From Candidatus Lustribacter sp. (lineage in GTDB: Bacteria; Vulcanimicrobiota; Vulcanimicrobiia; Vulcanimicrobiales; Vulcanimicrobiaceae): a stretch of 64,000 bases of DNA. The stretch spans positions 992,001-1,056,000 of the forward strand of contig OZ255842.1 of the NCBI GenBank assembly GCA_965277805.1, written 5' to 3'. A program made the translations under genes and the position numbers. A model generated the notes under the pieces. The model saw nothing but the letters and a program-made list of their open reading frames with translations, was not told the DNA's origin and did not search any database. Positions 9,706-20,782 of the stretch are shown here, piece by piece. The first letter of the stretch is position 1, and the number at the start of each line of letters is the position of its first letter.

Positions 9706-11178
9706 TTACGTGGTAGTTGGAAAGATGAGGTAATCGGAGCCGGACGACCGCGCACGGCCCTCGGCGAGCAAGAGTAACTCATCGAAGGTCGCGCCGTCGC
9801 CGGGTGCGTGCGCGACCGCGATCCGGGCGGAAACGTGCACCGACTCCTTGCCCTCGCGGTCGCCGATGCCCATCGGGTCGTCGAACGCGGCCCCGAAGCG
9901 GGCGAGGTGCGCGTCGAGCGCTGCGCGCGACGGAACGTCGGGCAAGAAGATCGCGAACGAATTCCCGCCCGTGCGCGCGATGATCTCACCCTCCTGCGCG
10001 CGGGTCGCCAGCGCCGCCGCAGCTTCGACCAGCAGCGCATCGCCCGTGAGATGACCGTGCCTCTCGTTGAGGTTGTGGAAGCCGGCTAAGTTGACCACCG
10101 CAATCGCGGCGGACTTGGCCGCGCCGAACGCCGCCCGTCCGAGCGAGCGAAAGCGGCTGCGGTTCCACAGGCCCGTCAGCGAGTCGTGCTCGAGTTGATG
10201 GCCCAGCCGCGTCGACTGCCAGCGCTGCTGGTAGTGCGCCGCAAAGAACGACGCCAGCACGTCAATGTAGGCCGTGTCCTGCGGTCCGAACGGCTTGGCC
10301 GTCGCCTGACGCGACGAGAACGCGAGCACGTACGTTGCGCCGCCGGCGGTAAACGACGTCACGATCATCGCGCGCCAGCCGCGCTTTTGCACGAAGTCGT
10401 TGAAGTGTTCGGTCGTTCGGATATCGTCGAATGCGTGCGTTCCGCCGCCGAGTGACATCGTTTGACCGGCCACGGTATCGCTCAGCAGAACGAGCGCGCC
10501 CTCGCCTTCGCGCCGCTCGGCGGGGACGGCGCTCTCGTAACCGACGGCGTCGGCCACCGAGATGAGCCGCATGTGGCTGCCGTTCTCAACGCGCGCGAGC
10601 ACGCCGCGATAGGCCTGTCCGGGGCGAATCGCCGCAGCACCCCGCTGCAGCATCGCGAGCATCAGCTCCTCATCCCGCAGGTTCGGATTGTTGGCGATGC
10701 CCCACAACGCTTCGAGCCGTTCGGCGTGTTCGCGCGAGCGCTCCTCGGAATCCATCAGCGACTGCGCGAGCGAGTCGACCTGTAGCGCGAGTTTCTTCTG
10801 CGCCGAACGGAGCGCCAGCAGCGTCGTCAAACGCGCCACCATCTCGCGGTAGTCGACCGGCTTCTGCAAGAAGTCCGTGGCGCCGGTGTCGAGCGCCTGA
10901 TAGCGCACTTCACGTTCGTGCGCGCCGGTCACGATGACGATCGGCACGTGTGCGAACTCGGGCAGCGCGCGCACGAGCGCGATCATCTGCATGCCGTTGG
11001 GCAGCGGCATATTGTAGTCGAATACGAAGCAGTCGACTTCTTTGCCGTGGTACCAATCGATCGCTTCGGCCGATGAAAGAAACGGATGAACGACGACGTC
11101 CGGAATTTCCGCTGCGATTCCCGAGAACAACTTCAGCGTCAGGTCGTCGTCATCCACGATGACGACGTGTTGGGTCAC
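9706..11178 (-). CDS. Response regulator with REC, GAF-like and degenerate GGDEF domains
   Basis: GTG start at 11178 (TQHVVIVDDDD...FDYNMP...FLQKP); HDSLTGLWNR; the signature motif reads GGNSF. Confidence 0.85.
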   Translation of the reverse strand: MTQHVVIVDDDDLTLKLFSGIAAEIPDVVVHPFLSSAEAIDWYHGKEVDCFVFDYNMPLPNGMQMIALVRALPEFAHVPIVIVTGAHEREVRYQALDTGATDFLQKPVDYREMVARLTTLLALRSAQKKLALQVDSLAQSLMDSEERSREHAERLEALWGIANNPNLRDEELMLAMLQRGAAAIRPGQAYRGVLARVENGSHMRLISVADAVGYESAVPAERREGEGALVLLSDTVAGQTMSLGGGTHAFDDIRTTEHFNDFVQKRGWRAMIVTSFTAGGATYVLAFSSRQATAKPFGPQDTAYIDVLASFFAAHYQQRWQSTRLGHQLEHDSLTGLWNRSRFRSLGRAAFGAAKSAAIAVVNLAGFHNLNERHGHLTGDALLVEAAAALATRAQEGEIIARTGGNSFAIFLPDVPSRAALDAHLARFGAAFDDPMGIGDREGKESVHVSARIAVAHAPGDGATFDELLLLAEGRARSSGSDYLIFPTTT

Positions 11179-12329
11179 GCAGTGCCTTCCTTGAGCGGGG
11201 AGAAGCGGCGGCTGATGTCGTCGGCCGGCGCCGGGCGCGCGATCAGGTAGCCTTGACCGCTGATCGCGCCGCGCGCGACCAGCGCCGCGAGCTGCGCCTC
11301 GGTCTCGATGCCTTCCGCTACGACGTCCATACGAAACGCGCCGGCGAGCGCCAGGATCGCATCGACGATGATGCCGGCGTCTTCCGAGTGCAGCATGTCG
11401 TTGACGAACGACTTGTCGATCTTCAGCGTGGAGAACGGCAGCGAACGCAATTGCATCATCGAGGAGTAGCCGATGCCGAAGTCGTCGATCGCGAGCTTGA
11501 ACCCCTTGAGCCGGATGCGCGAGAGAATGGCCTTGAGCCGCATCGAGTCGCGCGATGTTGCGGTCTCGGTGAGTTCGAGATGGATCTGGTGCGGCTGCAC
11601 GCCGTACTCGCGGCAGAGCTGCGTGAGTTTGTCCGGAAACGCATCGTCGTTGAGGTTGGTCGCCGAGAGGTTGACCGCGATCGGCACCGCGATCGTCTGC
11701 GCCCATCGCGCCGCTTGTTCGACGGCCAGGCGAACGACGGTCCAGGTGAGATCGTCGATCATGCCGCGTTCTTCCGCGAGCGGAATGAAGAAGTCGGGCT
11801 GGATCAATCCCTCGGTGGGGTGGTTCCACCGGACCAGCGCTTCGAACCCGATCAGCTCGCGCGAGGAAAGGCGAATCACCGGCTGATAGTGCAGCACGAG
11901 TTGTCCGCCCGCGATCGCCTCGCGCAACTCGTCCGCGCGGTTGCCGCCGGGCGGCATCGAGTCTTCTTCGAACGTGCGCCGGAGCGTGTCGACGCGGATC
12001 GGCTTGGCCAGGACCCCGCGCATGTTCAAGCCGAGATCGGTGCCCAAGTCGCCGACGGTTCGCAGCACCTTGTCCTCGACGCCGCTCATCAGGATGATCG
12101 GCGCCTTGAGATCTTCGGCCGCCATCGTCCGCAACAGCTCGACGCCGTCGACGTCGGGCATCTGCAAGTCCATCAAGACCAGCGTCGGATGCCAGTCCCG
12201 CGTTTGCTGTAAGAAGAAGTCGGCATCGGTCGTCGTGACGACTTCGTAGCCCGCAGTCTGTGCGATCTCTTGCACGACGGCGAGCAGTCCTTTCTCATCG
12301 TCGATTGCGAGTAGCCGTCGGTCGCCCAC
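11175..12329 (-). CDS. REC-EAL c-di-GMP phosphodiesterase response regulator
   Basis: AIDDE...MDLQMP receiver; FEALVRW, ELTET, AIDDFGIGYSS, LKIDKSF, AEGIE and QGY motifs intact. Confidence 0.93.
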   Translation of the reverse strand: MGDRRLLAIDDEKGLLAVVQEIAQTAGYEVVTTTDADFFLQQTRDWHPTLVLMDLQMPDVDGVELLRTMAAEDLKAPIILMSGVEDKVLRTVGDLGTDLGLNMRGVLAKPIRVDTLRRTFEEDSMPPGGNRADELREAIAGGQLVLHYQPVIRLSSRELIGFEALVRWNHPTEGLIQPDFFIPLAEERGMIDDLTWTVVRLAVEQAARWAQTIAVPIAVNLSATNLNDDAFPDKLTQLCREYGVQPHQIHLELTETATSRDSMRLKAILSRIRLKGFKLAIDDFGIGYSSMMQLRSLPFSTLKIDKSFVNDMLHSEDAGIIVDAILALAGAFRMDVVAEGIETEAQLAALVARGAISGQGYLIARPAPADDISRRFSPLKEGTA

Positions 12330-12331
12330 GA

Positions 12332-14392
12332 TTAATGTTGCTCCACAGGGTTGAGTAGGTCGCGCAGACGTTTCGCAAGATCGATCTGCCGGTAGGGTTT
12401 GCTGAGGATGTGTCCCGAGAAGTCGGCCGAGATCGACGCTGCGAGCGTGCTCTCGGTAAACCCGGAGGTGAAGAGAACGTTCAAGTGCGGCCGTAGTTCG
12501 CGCGCGCGCAGCGCCAGCTCGCGCCCGTCGAGTTGACCCGGCATCACGATGTCGGTGAGCAGCAAATCGACGTTGCGCGGCGAGCGCAGCACCTCGAGCG
12601 CGTCGTTCGGGGTGTCCGCAACGATCACGTCGTAGCCGAGCGTGTGGAGTTGTAAAGCGGCGACTTCACGCATCGCGTCGTTATCGTCGACGACGAGAAT
12701 CGTTTCCTTGCCGCGATCGCCGTTCATCGGGGCCGGCTTACGCGGCACGTCGGCCGCGATGGACGCGCCGGCGCCGGCCGGCGGCAAGTAGAGCCGGAAG
12801 GTCGTGCCGATTCCGACCTCGCTGTAGACGCTCACGTGGCCGCCGGATTGCTTAGCAAATCCAAAGACTTGGCTTAAGCCGAGACCCGTGCCGTTCGCGC
12901 CTTTGGTGGTGAAGAACGGCTCGAACACCTTGGCTTGCGTTTCGGGCGGCATGCCGATGCCGGTGTCGGACACGGCGATCATGACGTACTCGCCGGGCTC
13001 GACGTCGACCCGGGTGGTTGCATAGTCCTCGTCGAGCGTCACGTTCGTGCACTCGATCGTGAGCGTTCCGCCGCCGGGCATCGCGTCGCGCGCGTTGACC
13101 GCGAGATTGAGCAGGGCCGCTTCGAGCTGGGAGCGGTCGGCGATGATCTCCTTCGTTTCCGTGTCGACCGAATGCTGGATCTTGATCTTGCCGCCGAGCA
13201 CGCTTTCGAGCAAGCTGACGGTCTTGAGCGAGCGCTCTTGCACGCTGATGCGTTCCGGCTGCAACGGCTGCTTGCGGGCAAAGGCGAGTAGTTGCTTCAC
13301 GAGCATCGCGCCGCGATCGGCGGCTTCGAGCGCGTTCTCGACGAACGTCTGCACGCCGGGAATCTTGCGCGACGCGATGACGTCGAGATTGCCGATGATG
13401 ACGCCCAGCAAATTGTTGAAGTCGTGCGCGAGGCCGCCGGTCAGCTGTCCCATCGCATCGATGCGGTGCGCGTGACGCAATTGCTCTTCCATCTGCAGGC
13501 GCTCGGTCACATCGCGGACGGCGGTGATCACCACCGTACCGTCGGGCGTCTTGTGCGCGCTCTGGGTCGTCTCGATCGGAAACGTGCTGCCGTCTTTGCG
13601 CGTGCCGCACATCTCGGGACCGCCCGGAATCGGCGCCGCGGCCATGTCGATGAGCTTCGCGAACGGTTGACCGACCAGCTCGTCGGGCGTATATCCGAAC
13701 AGCGGCTCGATGCGTTCGCTCGCGAGCACGATCTTCATCGATTCATCGACGACGATCACGGCGTCGGGGCTGGCGGTGAGGAAGCCGCGGAACTTCTCCT
13801 CGGAGAGGATGACGCGGCCTTCGAGTGCGCGCGCATACTCTTCGAGCTTGATCTTTGCCGCCGCCAACTCGGCCCGATGCCGCTGCAGCTCGCGGTTCGC
13901 TTGAACCGTATCTTCGAACGTCGAGATCAGCAGGTCGAGAATCTGTTCCTTTTCCGAAGTAATCGTAAACGTGCGGCCGAGGAACGAAATCTCCACTCCG
14001 AACACGGCCGAACGGGTGCGCAGGCTACGGTTCTGCAAGATCATCCGCGTGCGCGCGACGACCTGTTCGGGTTTGTAGGGCTTGGTGAGGAAATTGTCCG
14101 CCCCGGATTCGAGCCCGCGGATGATATCCATCGGTTCGTTGAGCGTGGAGAGCAACATCACGGGAATCTGCGCATGCTCGCCCGAGCTCTTGATGCGCCG
14201 GCACAAGTCGTAGCCGGAGATACCGGGCATCACGATGTCGGAGATGACCAAGTCGACGGTGTGCTTATCGAGCAGTTCGAGAGCGGTCTCGGCGTCGCGT
14301 GCGACGAGGACGGAGAAGCCCGCGTCCTCGACGGTGGAGCGCAGCAGTTCGGCTTGGGTCGGGCTGTCTTCAACGATGAGCAATTGATTCAT
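12332..14392 (-). CDS. Hybrid sensor histidine kinase (REC-PAS-HisKA-HATPase-REC)
   Basis: MNQLLIVEDSPTQ receiver; AHDFNNLL H-box; NLAVNARDAM; FEPFFTTK; GTGLGL; C-terminal receiver LLTDIVMP. Confidence 0.93.
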   Translation of the reverse strand: MNQLLIVEDSPTQAELLRSTVEDAGFSVLVARDAETALELLDKHTVDLVISDIVMPGISGYDLCRRIKSSGEHAQIPVMLLSTLNEPMDIIRGLESGADNFLTKPYKPEQVVARTRMILQNRSLRTRSAVFGVEISFLGRTFTITSEKEQILDLLISTFEDTVQANRELQRHRAELAAAKIKLEEYARALEGRVILSEEKFRGFLTASPDAVIVVDESMKIVLASERIEPLFGYTPDELVGQPFAKLIDMAAAPIPGGPEMCGTRKDGSTFPIETTQSAHKTPDGTVVITAVRDVTERLQMEEQLRHAHRIDAMGQLTGGLAHDFNNLLGVIIGNLDVIASRKIPGVQTFVENALEAADRGAMLVKQLLAFARKQPLQPERISVQERSLKTVSLLESVLGGKIKIQHSVDTETKEIIADRSQLEAALLNLAVNARDAMPGGGTLTIECTNVTLDEDYATTRVDVEPGEYVMIAVSDTGIGMPPETQAKVFEPFFTTKGANGTGLGLSQVFGFAKQSGGHVSVYSEVGIGTTFRLYLPPAGAGASIAADVPRKPAPMNGDRGKETILVVDDNDAMREVAALQLHTLGYDVIVADTPNDALEVLRSPRNVDLLLTDIVMPGQLDGRELALRARELRPHLNVLFTSGFTESTLAASISADFSGHILSKPYRQIDLAKRLRDLLNPVEQH

Positions 14393-14402
14393 GATGTTTG
14401 TC

Positions 14403-15419
14403 CTACGACGAGGCGACCGCATCCGCGATGTGGCGTGAGATTGCGTCTAACGGAAGAATGAAATCGACGACCCCGGCTTCGATCGCCGCTTTCGGCATGC
14501 CGAACACGGCGCAACTCGCCTCGTCTTGCGCGTACACCGTCCCGCCCGCTTCGTGAACGGACTCGAGGCCGGTTACGCCGTCGCGGCCCATCCCGGAGAG
14601 GATCACCGCCAGCGTGCGGGCGCCGAAGCGCTCCGCGGTCGATTGGAACATCACGCTCGCCGAGGGACGATGACCGCCGCTCGGCGGCGCGTGACTGATG
14701 GCGATCGCGTAGTCGTCCGCGATCGTGAGATGACCGCCGTCGGGCGCAACGTAAATCGTTCCGTTGCGCAGCGGCTCGCCGTGTTCGGCGATCTTCGCGC
14801 GCAGCGGACCGGCCGCGTTCCACCACGAGACCATGCCCTCGCTGAAGCCGGTCGAGATATGCTGCGTCACGAGTACCGGCGCTTCGAGATCGGCGGGAAA
14901 CGCGGCAAAGATGCCGCGCAGCGCGGCCGGGCCGCCGGTCGACGCACCGATGCTCACGCACGTCGTGCTGCGCCGATTGGGGTGCGCGGGTGCCGGCCGG
15001 CGCGGCGCGTGCGCTTGGCGCTCGGGCCGCCGCCGCACGACTTTGACACCGGCCATCGCGCGGACCAAATCGATCAGCTCGAAGGCGTTGGTGGAAAACG
15101 GCACGGCTGCCAAGGCGCCGGCTTCGAGGGCGCGCTTGCGCACGCGCTGGCGTTCAGCGTCCGTGCTATCCGCATCGAACACTACGATGACCGGCGTCGG
15201 CGCGACGGTCATGATCTCGCGCGTGGCCTCGAAGGCATTGACCCCGAGCACGCTCGCCGAAACGAGAATCGCCTCGGGATGCAGCCGTTTGGTCAACGCG
15301 ATCGCTTGCAGACCGGTCGCGCCGACGCCCGCCAGTTCGGTCGTGGGTTCGTTCGCGATCGTATCCGTCAGCCGCCGCTCGCCGGGATTCTCCACGACCA
15401 GCACGCGCAGCGCGCTCAC
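14403..15419 (-). CDS. cheB: Chemotaxis protein-glutamate methylesterase (WspF-like), degenerate receiver
   Basis: Catalytic motifs GASTGGP, TQHI, LSGMGRDG; QDEASCAVFGMP. Confidence 0.92.
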   Translation of the reverse strand: MSALRVLVVENPGERRLTDTIANEPTTELAGVGATGLQAIALTKRLHPEAILVSASVLGVNAFEATREIMTVAPTPVIVVFDADSTDAERQRVRKRALEAGALAAVPFSTNAFELIDLVRAMAGVKVVRRRPERQAHAPRRPAPAHPNRRSTTCVSIGASTGGPAALRGIFAAFPADLEAPVLVTQHISTGFSEGMVSWWNAAGPLRAKIAEHGEPLRNGTIYVAPDGGHLTIADDYAIAISHAPPSGGHRPSASVMFQSTAERFGARTLAVILSGMGRDGVTGLESVHEAGGTVYAQDEASCAVFGMPKAAIEAGVVDFILPLDAISRHIADAVASS

Positions 15420-17500
15420 GTCAGCGCACCGATGGCGTCGAGCAGTTCTTCCTGGCGGAAACTGCTCTTCACGATGTAGGCATCCGCACCGATCTCGAGC
15501 CCGCGCTGGCGATCGCTTTCGTCATCGCGCGCGGTCACCAGAATGACCGGCAGTTCGCGCAGCGTGGCGGAAGCGCGCACGGCCTCGACCAGCGCGAAGC
15601 CGTTCATGTGCGGCATGTCGACGTCGGTGACGACGAGATCGACGGTTTGTTCGGCAAGCAGCGCCCACGCCGCCGCGCCGTCGGCAGCGGTCAGCACCTG
15701 ATAACCGGCGGCTTCGAGAATGCTGCGCTCGAGCGTGCGCGTCGTGATCGAATCGTCGACCAGCAGCACGCGCTTCACGACCGCTGCATCGCTCGTGGCC
15801 GGCACGGGAATGTGGGCGGAGCGCATCTCGAGCGCGCGGTCGACCACCGCCGACGTGCGCAGGATCAGCGCGATCGATCCGTCGGTGCCGATCGCGGCGC
15901 CGGCCAACAGCGGCAGCCCCCGCAGGCGCGGTCCCAAGCCGTGCAAGTAAATCTCGCGCTCGTCGATCAGGCTATCGACGGCGAGCGCAACCGACTGCGC
16001 TCCGCGGCGCATGATCAGCGCGATCTGCGGCGCTTCCGCGGAGGGCTCCGCCCCGATCACTGCGGCGAGCGGAACCAGCGGAATGACGCCGTTCTCCAGC
16101 AACAGCACCTGCCGTCCTTCAACCGAGGCCAGCGTGCCGAGGTCGATGCGGATCACGCGGTCGATCGAGGTCAGGTTGAGGCCGAACGTGTGGGCTCCGA
16201 TCGACACGAGCATCACGCGGTAGGTCGTGATCGTCAGCGGCAAGTTCAGCACGAACGCGGTGCCGTTCGGCAAGGATTGCACTTCGACGTTGCCGCTCAT
16301 CGCTTCGACTTCGGCGCGCACCACGTCGAGGCCGACGCCACGCCCGGAGAACTGCGTGACGCTCGCGGCCGTCGAAACGCCGGGCAAGAACACCGCCTGC
16401 GGAAGTTCGTCTTCGCTCAGTTCGATGCCGCGTTCGCGGATGCGCTGCCGCAGTTGCTCGCGATTGAGCCCGCGCCCATCGTCGCTGACGCGCACTTCGA
16501 GCGATCGCAGCTTCGGCAGCAGTGCGACCCGCACGGTGCCTTCGGCCGGCTTCCCGTTGCGCACGCGCTCTTCGGGCGATTCGACCCCGTGGTCGACAGC
16601 GTTGCGGATCAGGTGCACCAGCGGATCGCGCAGCCGGTCGGCGATCACGCGATCGATTCCGACCTCACCGCCGCCGATGACGAACCGCACGCGCTTGCCG
16701 GTCGTTTGAGCGACATCTTGCGCGACGCGTTCGAGTCCCGCGCACGCCTCGCCGAAGGGCAGCAAGCGGATCGAGCGGATGCCTTCGTCCAACTCTGCGG
16801 CCGCGCGATGCAACTGCGTGCGTTCGGTTTGCATCTTCGTCGCGATCTTCTCGAGCGCGGCATGCAGTCCGCGCAGCTCTTCGCGGTGGCGTTTGCGGCC
16901 GGCGCCGGCCGGCGCATCCTGCATGCGCTGGATCGCGACCCCGGCTTCGTCGACTTCGCGCACGAGGTCGCTGATGCGATGATGCGATGCCAACAGCTCG
17001 CCGCTCTGTTCGAGCAGCGTGTCGATCGTATCTGCCGCCACGCGCAGCGTGTTGTCGTTCACGTGCACGCGGGTCGATACGGTGCGCGGCATGCCGTTCA
17101 CCGCGGCCGCGACGGGCGACGGCGGCGGGGGCGGTGGCGGCGAGCCGGAAGCGGGCGCAGCCTCGGCGGCGAGTTTGCGGCTCGCATCGCGCAACTCGGC
17201 CGCGGCCGCCGCCAGCATCTCGGTGCGCGCGGCGTCCAGCTCGAGTGCACCGTCGCGCATTTTGGCGAGCACGTCTTCGAGCTGCTGACAGACGCCTTCG
17301 ATCCCGCTCGCACCCACCGACGCCGATGCGCCTTTCAGGCTGTGTGCGCCGCGAAAGAGCCGCGTCACGACTTCGGTGCGGTCGACGCCGGGCGACGGAT
17401 CCGCGAGCGCGTTCAAGTCGGCGTCGAAATCATTCAAACGCTCGTCGAGTTCGCTCAGGAAGACGCGGATCAACCGCGCTGGGACGCCGCTCGTGCTCAC
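15416..17500 (-). CDS. cheA: Hybrid chemosensory kinase CheA-REC (WspE-like)
   Basis: Hpt FRGAHSLKG; HLIRNAVDHG; DDGRG; SGRGVGLDVV; CheW domain; C-terminal receiver LLVDDSITTR. Confidence 0.95.
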   Translation of the reverse strand: MSTSGVPARLIRVFLSELDERLNDFDADLNALADPSPGVDRTEVVTRLFRGAHSLKGASASVGASGIEGVCQQLEDVLAKMRDGALELDAARTEMLAAAAAELRDASRKLAAEAAPASGSPPPPPPPSPVAAAVNGMPRTVSTRVHVNDNTLRVAADTIDTLLEQSGELLASHHRISDLVREVDEAGVAIQRMQDAPAGAGRKRHREELRGLHAALEKIATKMQTERTQLHRAAAELDEGIRSIRLLPFGEACAGLERVAQDVAQTTGKRVRFVIGGGEVGIDRVIADRLRDPLVHLIRNAVDHGVESPEERVRNGKPAEGTVRVALLPKLRSLEVRVSDDGRGLNREQLRQRIRERGIELSEDELPQAVFLPGVSTAASVTQFSGRGVGLDVVRAEVEAMSGNVEVQSLPNGTAFVLNLPLTITTYRVMLVSIGAHTFGLNLTSIDRVIRIDLGTLASVEGRQVLLLENGVIPLVPLAAVIGAEPSAEAPQIALIMRRGAQSVALAVDSLIDEREIYLHGLGPRLRGLPLLAGAAIGTDGSIALILRTSAVVDRALEMRSAHIPVPATSDAAVVKRVLLVDDSITTRTLERSILEAAGYQVLTAADGAAAWALLAEQTVDLVVTDVDMPHMNGFALVEAVRASATLRELPVILVTARDDESDRQRGLEIGADAYIVKSSFRQEELLDAIGALT

Positions 17501-17505
17501 AGTGC

Positions 17506-18975
17506 CTACGCGGTTGCTCCCCGGAGTAAGTCCGCAAGCCGCAGGCCCAGCGCATCGAGGTCGCGCGCGGCTTGTTCTGTCTGCCGGGTTGAGGCGAGGC
17601 TCTGAGCGGTGGTGTCGCTGATATCCCGCATTGCCCGCTGGATCTGTGCCATGCCGATACTCTGCTGATTGGCCGACGCGCTGATCTGCGTTGCCGACCG
17701 CGCCGCATCGGCCACGATATCGGTGAGCGCGCGGATCACCTCGTCGGCTTGATGGACCGTGTGGAGCGCTTCGTCGACTGTCTTGGCGCCGTGTTCGGTC
17801 GCGATGACTGCGCTGTTGGTCGCGCGCTGGATCTCGCCAAGAATCTGGCGCACTTGGACGGTCGCTTTCTTCGATTGTTCGGCCAGCGACTTGATCTCGC
17901 TCGCCACGACGCCGAAGCCTTTGCCTTGTTCGCCCGCGCGCGCCGCTTCGATCGCGGCGTTGAACGCGAGGATGTTCGTCTGATCTGCGACGTTGTTCAC
18001 CACCGCAATGATCTCGCCGATCGCTTGCGCTTGTTCGGCCAGCGCCAAGATGCTGTTGGCGATCGACTCGGTGCGCGTCTTCACGTCACCCATTACCGTC
18101 ACGGTGTCTTCGACGGCGCGCCGGCCCGCGACGCCGTTGTCGACCGCGCGCAGCGACGATTCGGCGACGGCTTTCGCGCGGTCGTTCGAGCTCTCGGCGG
18201 TTTGCGAGATCTGTTCGATCGTTGCGACCGTTTCGGTGACCGCGGCCGCGTGTTCCTGAACGCCGGCCGCTTGTTGCGTCGTGCCGGCAAGGATCTCGGC
18301 GCTCGCGGAGGTTAGGGCCGAGACGGCATCTTCGAGCGGGCCATTCACGTTGCGCGTCAGCAGAACGCCGACGACCGTGAGGATCACGACCATGAGCGCG
18401 GTGCCCCACACCGTTATGCCGATGGACCATGAGGCAGCGTTCGCATCTTCGGCGTAGCGCGTCTGCTCGATGCGCCGCTGCTCGGCCAGCGCGTCGTTGA
18501 ACTGGCCGCGAATCCGGTCCATGATCGATTGCCCCCGGTTGGAGCGCACCATCGCAATGGCTGCGGGCAAACCACGCGTGCGCGCAACGTTCAGGGTGCC
18601 GGCTAACTCCGCCAGCTTTTCATTACTCAGCGTGCTGATCGCTGCGGCGCGGCTCTCTTGTTGCGGCTCTCCGGCCACGGCTTTGTTCAATGCCGTCATC
18701 GCGCTGCCGACGGAATGCACAGCCTGCTCGTAGGGCTTCAGGTACTGCGGATTGCCGGTGAGGAGATAGCCGCGCTGTCCCGTCTCGGCGTCCACGAGGG
18801 CTTGCTCGACGCGGTGGAGCGCGTTGCGCACGGCAAACGAGTTGCTGACCACGCTTTCGCTCGCGAGCATCCGGTTCGTGTTGGTGTAGGCGATGAAGCC
18901 GATGATGATCAGCGCGATCGGTCCAAGCGCGAAGCCAAAGGTGATCTTCTGGGCAATGCTCCAGCGCTGGATCAT
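17506..18975 (-). CDS. Methyl-accepting chemotaxis protein with CHASE3 sensor
   Basis: Two TM segments flank [13 protein letters not shown] (CHASE3); signalling hairpin [30 protein letters not shown]. Confidence 0.95.
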   Translation of the reverse strand: MIQRWSIAQKITFGFALGPIALIIIGFIAYTNTNRMLASESVVSNSFAVRNALHRVEQALVDAETGQRGYLLTGNPQYLKPYEQAVHSVGSAMTALNKAVAGEPQQESRAAAISTLSNEKLAELAGTLNVARTRGLPAAIAMVRSNRGQSIMDRIRGQFNDALAEQRRIEQTRYAEDANAASWSIGITVWGTALMVVILTVVGVLLTRNVNGPLEDAVSALTSASAEILAGTTQQAAGVQEHAAAVTETVATIEQISQTAESSNDRAKAVAESSLRAVDNGVAGRRAVEDTVTVMGDVKTRTESIANSILALAEQAQAIGEIIAVVNNVADQTNILAFNAAIEAARAGEQGKGFGVVASEIKSLAEQSKKATVQVRQILGEIQRATNSAVIATEHGAKTVDEALHTVHQADEVIRALTDIVADAARSATQISASANQQSIGMAQIQRAMRDISDTTAQSLASTRQTEQAARDLDALGLRLADLLRGATA

Positions 18976-19487
18976 CGGACATTCTCCTCGTGGGTGAGTC
19001 GCGGGTCGGCAATCAAAGCCGCGCCGTCGATGACGGCGATTCCGTCGGCGGTGATGTGACGTACGATCGGACGCGGTGCGGGCGTCGAAGCCGCGAGCGT
19101 ACCGGCCGGGATCTCGCGCATCTCGATCAGCACTTGCGCGACGATGCCGATCTCCGCCCGCGCCCCGCCGAGAATGATCGCGAACACGGGCTCAGGACAA
19201 GCCGGCGTTCCGAGCAACACCCCGAGGTCGACGAGCGGAACGAGCTGACCGTGGACGTTGACGATGCCGGTGAACTGGCGCGAGGCGCCCGGCAGCGGCG
19301 TCACGCGCGTGCACCGTTCGAGGCGGTAGACGTACGTCACGTCGATCGCATAGCGTTCGTTGCCGGTCCCGAACGCCAGCAACTGCGCCATCGGCACTTC
19401 GCTGACGACGTCGGGCCGCCGCGCCAGCAGACGCGCGCGCTCGGCGAGCACGGCGTCGATCGCAGCGCGATCGGCCACGGCCGTCAA
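18972..19487 (-). CDS. cheW: CheW adaptor (WspD-like)
   Basis: TPLPGA...[16 protein letters not shown]-terminal [10 protein letters not shown] helix. Confidence 0.88.
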   Translation of the reverse strand: MTAVADRAAIDAVLAERARLLARRPDVVSEVPMAQLLAFGTGNERYAIDVTYVYRLERCTRVTPLPGASRQFTGIVNVHGQLVPLVDLGVLLGTPACPEPVFAIILGGARAEIGIVAQVLIEMREIPAGTLAASTPAPRPIVRHITADGIAVIDGAALIADPRLTHEENVR

Positions 19488-20782
19488 GACGGTGCCCCGA
19501 CGAGCAACTCGAACTCAGCCGCAGCAACCGCCGTCAACGTGCCGGCCGACGCGCCGCCCGCACCGCGCACCGCCTCTTCGGGTGCATGCGCTTCGAGCAA
19601 CGCCGCGCCGCGCCGCAACGCGCGCTGCGCCGCCGACCGGCTGCCGGTCAGTCGCAACGCCCGCGCCAACGTCAGATGCGCAACCGCGAGCGAACGGTCG
19701 AGAAACAACGCCCGCCGCGCCGACGCCGCCGCTTGATGCGGCTGGCACGCATCCAAAAACGTCAGCGCCCGCTCGACATAGGCCTCCGCATCCACCTTCA
19801 CCCGCGAAACCGCCCGCCGCTCCAAATGCACGCGAGCCGTCAAGTCACGCGCGACATCGTTGCTGCCGTGAACGACGCGCTCTATGTCATCCCGAGCTTG
19901 CCGAGGGACAGCGATCACCTCCGCGCGCGGCCGCAAAACCGGCGCAACCACAACAGCTTCCGCGGCCGCAACCATCGGCTTGCGGAAAACAACACCCGCC
20001 GGCGTAACGACATGCTCGAGCCCAATGTCCGCCGGCAACGGCGGATCCGTCGGGGCCATCAACAGCCACCCGCCCGGCGCGAGCGCCTCCGCCAGCAAAT
20101 GCGCCGCGCGATCCACGGTCTTGCGGTCGAAATACAACAGCACGTTGCGGCACACGATGAGGTCGAATCCGCCGGTTGCGACGACGCCGGTCGGAGCGGG
20201 CTGCATGAGATTATGCACCATGAACTCGATCCGCCGGTGCGCCGCCGAGATCGTCCAGCGTTTACCGGTGCGCACGAAACAGCGTTCGCGCCAATCCCCC
20301 ACGTCGCGCCGGAACGACCACGCGCCGTACTGCCCGCGTCGCGCCGTCTCGATCGACGTGCTCGACACGTCGGTCGCAAGCAGGACCGTGCGCTGCGAAA
20401 GACCGCAGTCGTTCAGCAGCATCATCAGCGAGTAGGCTTCTTCGCCGGTCGAACACGCGGCCGACCAGATGCGCAGCGGCGCGCCGGCCGGGCGCCGTTG
20501 CAAGATGTCCGGCAGCACGGTCGAGCGGATCGTTTCGAACTGCTCGGCGTCGCGGAAGAAGTAGGTTTCGCCGATCGTCACTTCGGCAATCAGCTTGCGC
20601 AGCAGCGCCGGGTCTTCACTCAAGCGCTCGCGGTAACTCGCGAGGCTGCGTTCGTGCGCGAGACCGAGTGCGCGGCGCATGGCCGCCTCGGCGAAGACTC
20701 GGCGCGCGGGCGGAAACGCAACTCCGAATTCAGCCGTGAGCAGACCGGCGATGACGCCGAATTCCGGGTCGCTCCAACTCAC
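19484..20782 (-). CDS. cheR: CheR methyltransferase with C-terminal TPR (WspC-like)
   Basis: GTG start at 20782; TIGETYFFRD, RIWSAACSTGEEAYSL, DLIVCRNVLLYF; TPR-like RRALFLDRSLAVAHL. Confidence 0.92.
   Translation of the reverse strand: MSWSDPEFGVIAGLLTAEFGVAFPPARRVFAEAAMRRALGLAHERSLASYRERLSEDPALLRKLIAEVTIGETYFFRDAEQFETIRSTVLPDILQRRPAGAPLRIWSAACSTGEEAYSLMMLLNDCGLSQRTVLLATDVSSTSIETARRGQYGAWSFRRDVGDWRERCFVRTGKRWTISAAHRRIEFMVHNLMQPAPTGVVATGGFDLIVCRNVLLYFDRKTVDRAAHLLAEALAPGGWLLMAPTDPPLPADIGLEHVVTPAGVVFRKPMVAAAEAVVVAPVLRPRAEVIAVPRQARDDIERVVHGSNDVARDLTARVHLERRAVSRVKVDAEAYVERALTFLDACQPHQAAASARRALFLDRSLAVAHLTLARALRLTGSRSAAQRALRRGAALLEAHAPEEAVRGAGGASAGTLTAVAAAEFELLVGAPS
19885..19910 (+). repeat. CGTC/TGTC-tagged palindromic repeat, copy 1 (inside cheR)
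   Basis: TGTCATCCCGAGCTTGCCGAGGGACA; read as VPRQARDD in CheR. Confidence 0.8.
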
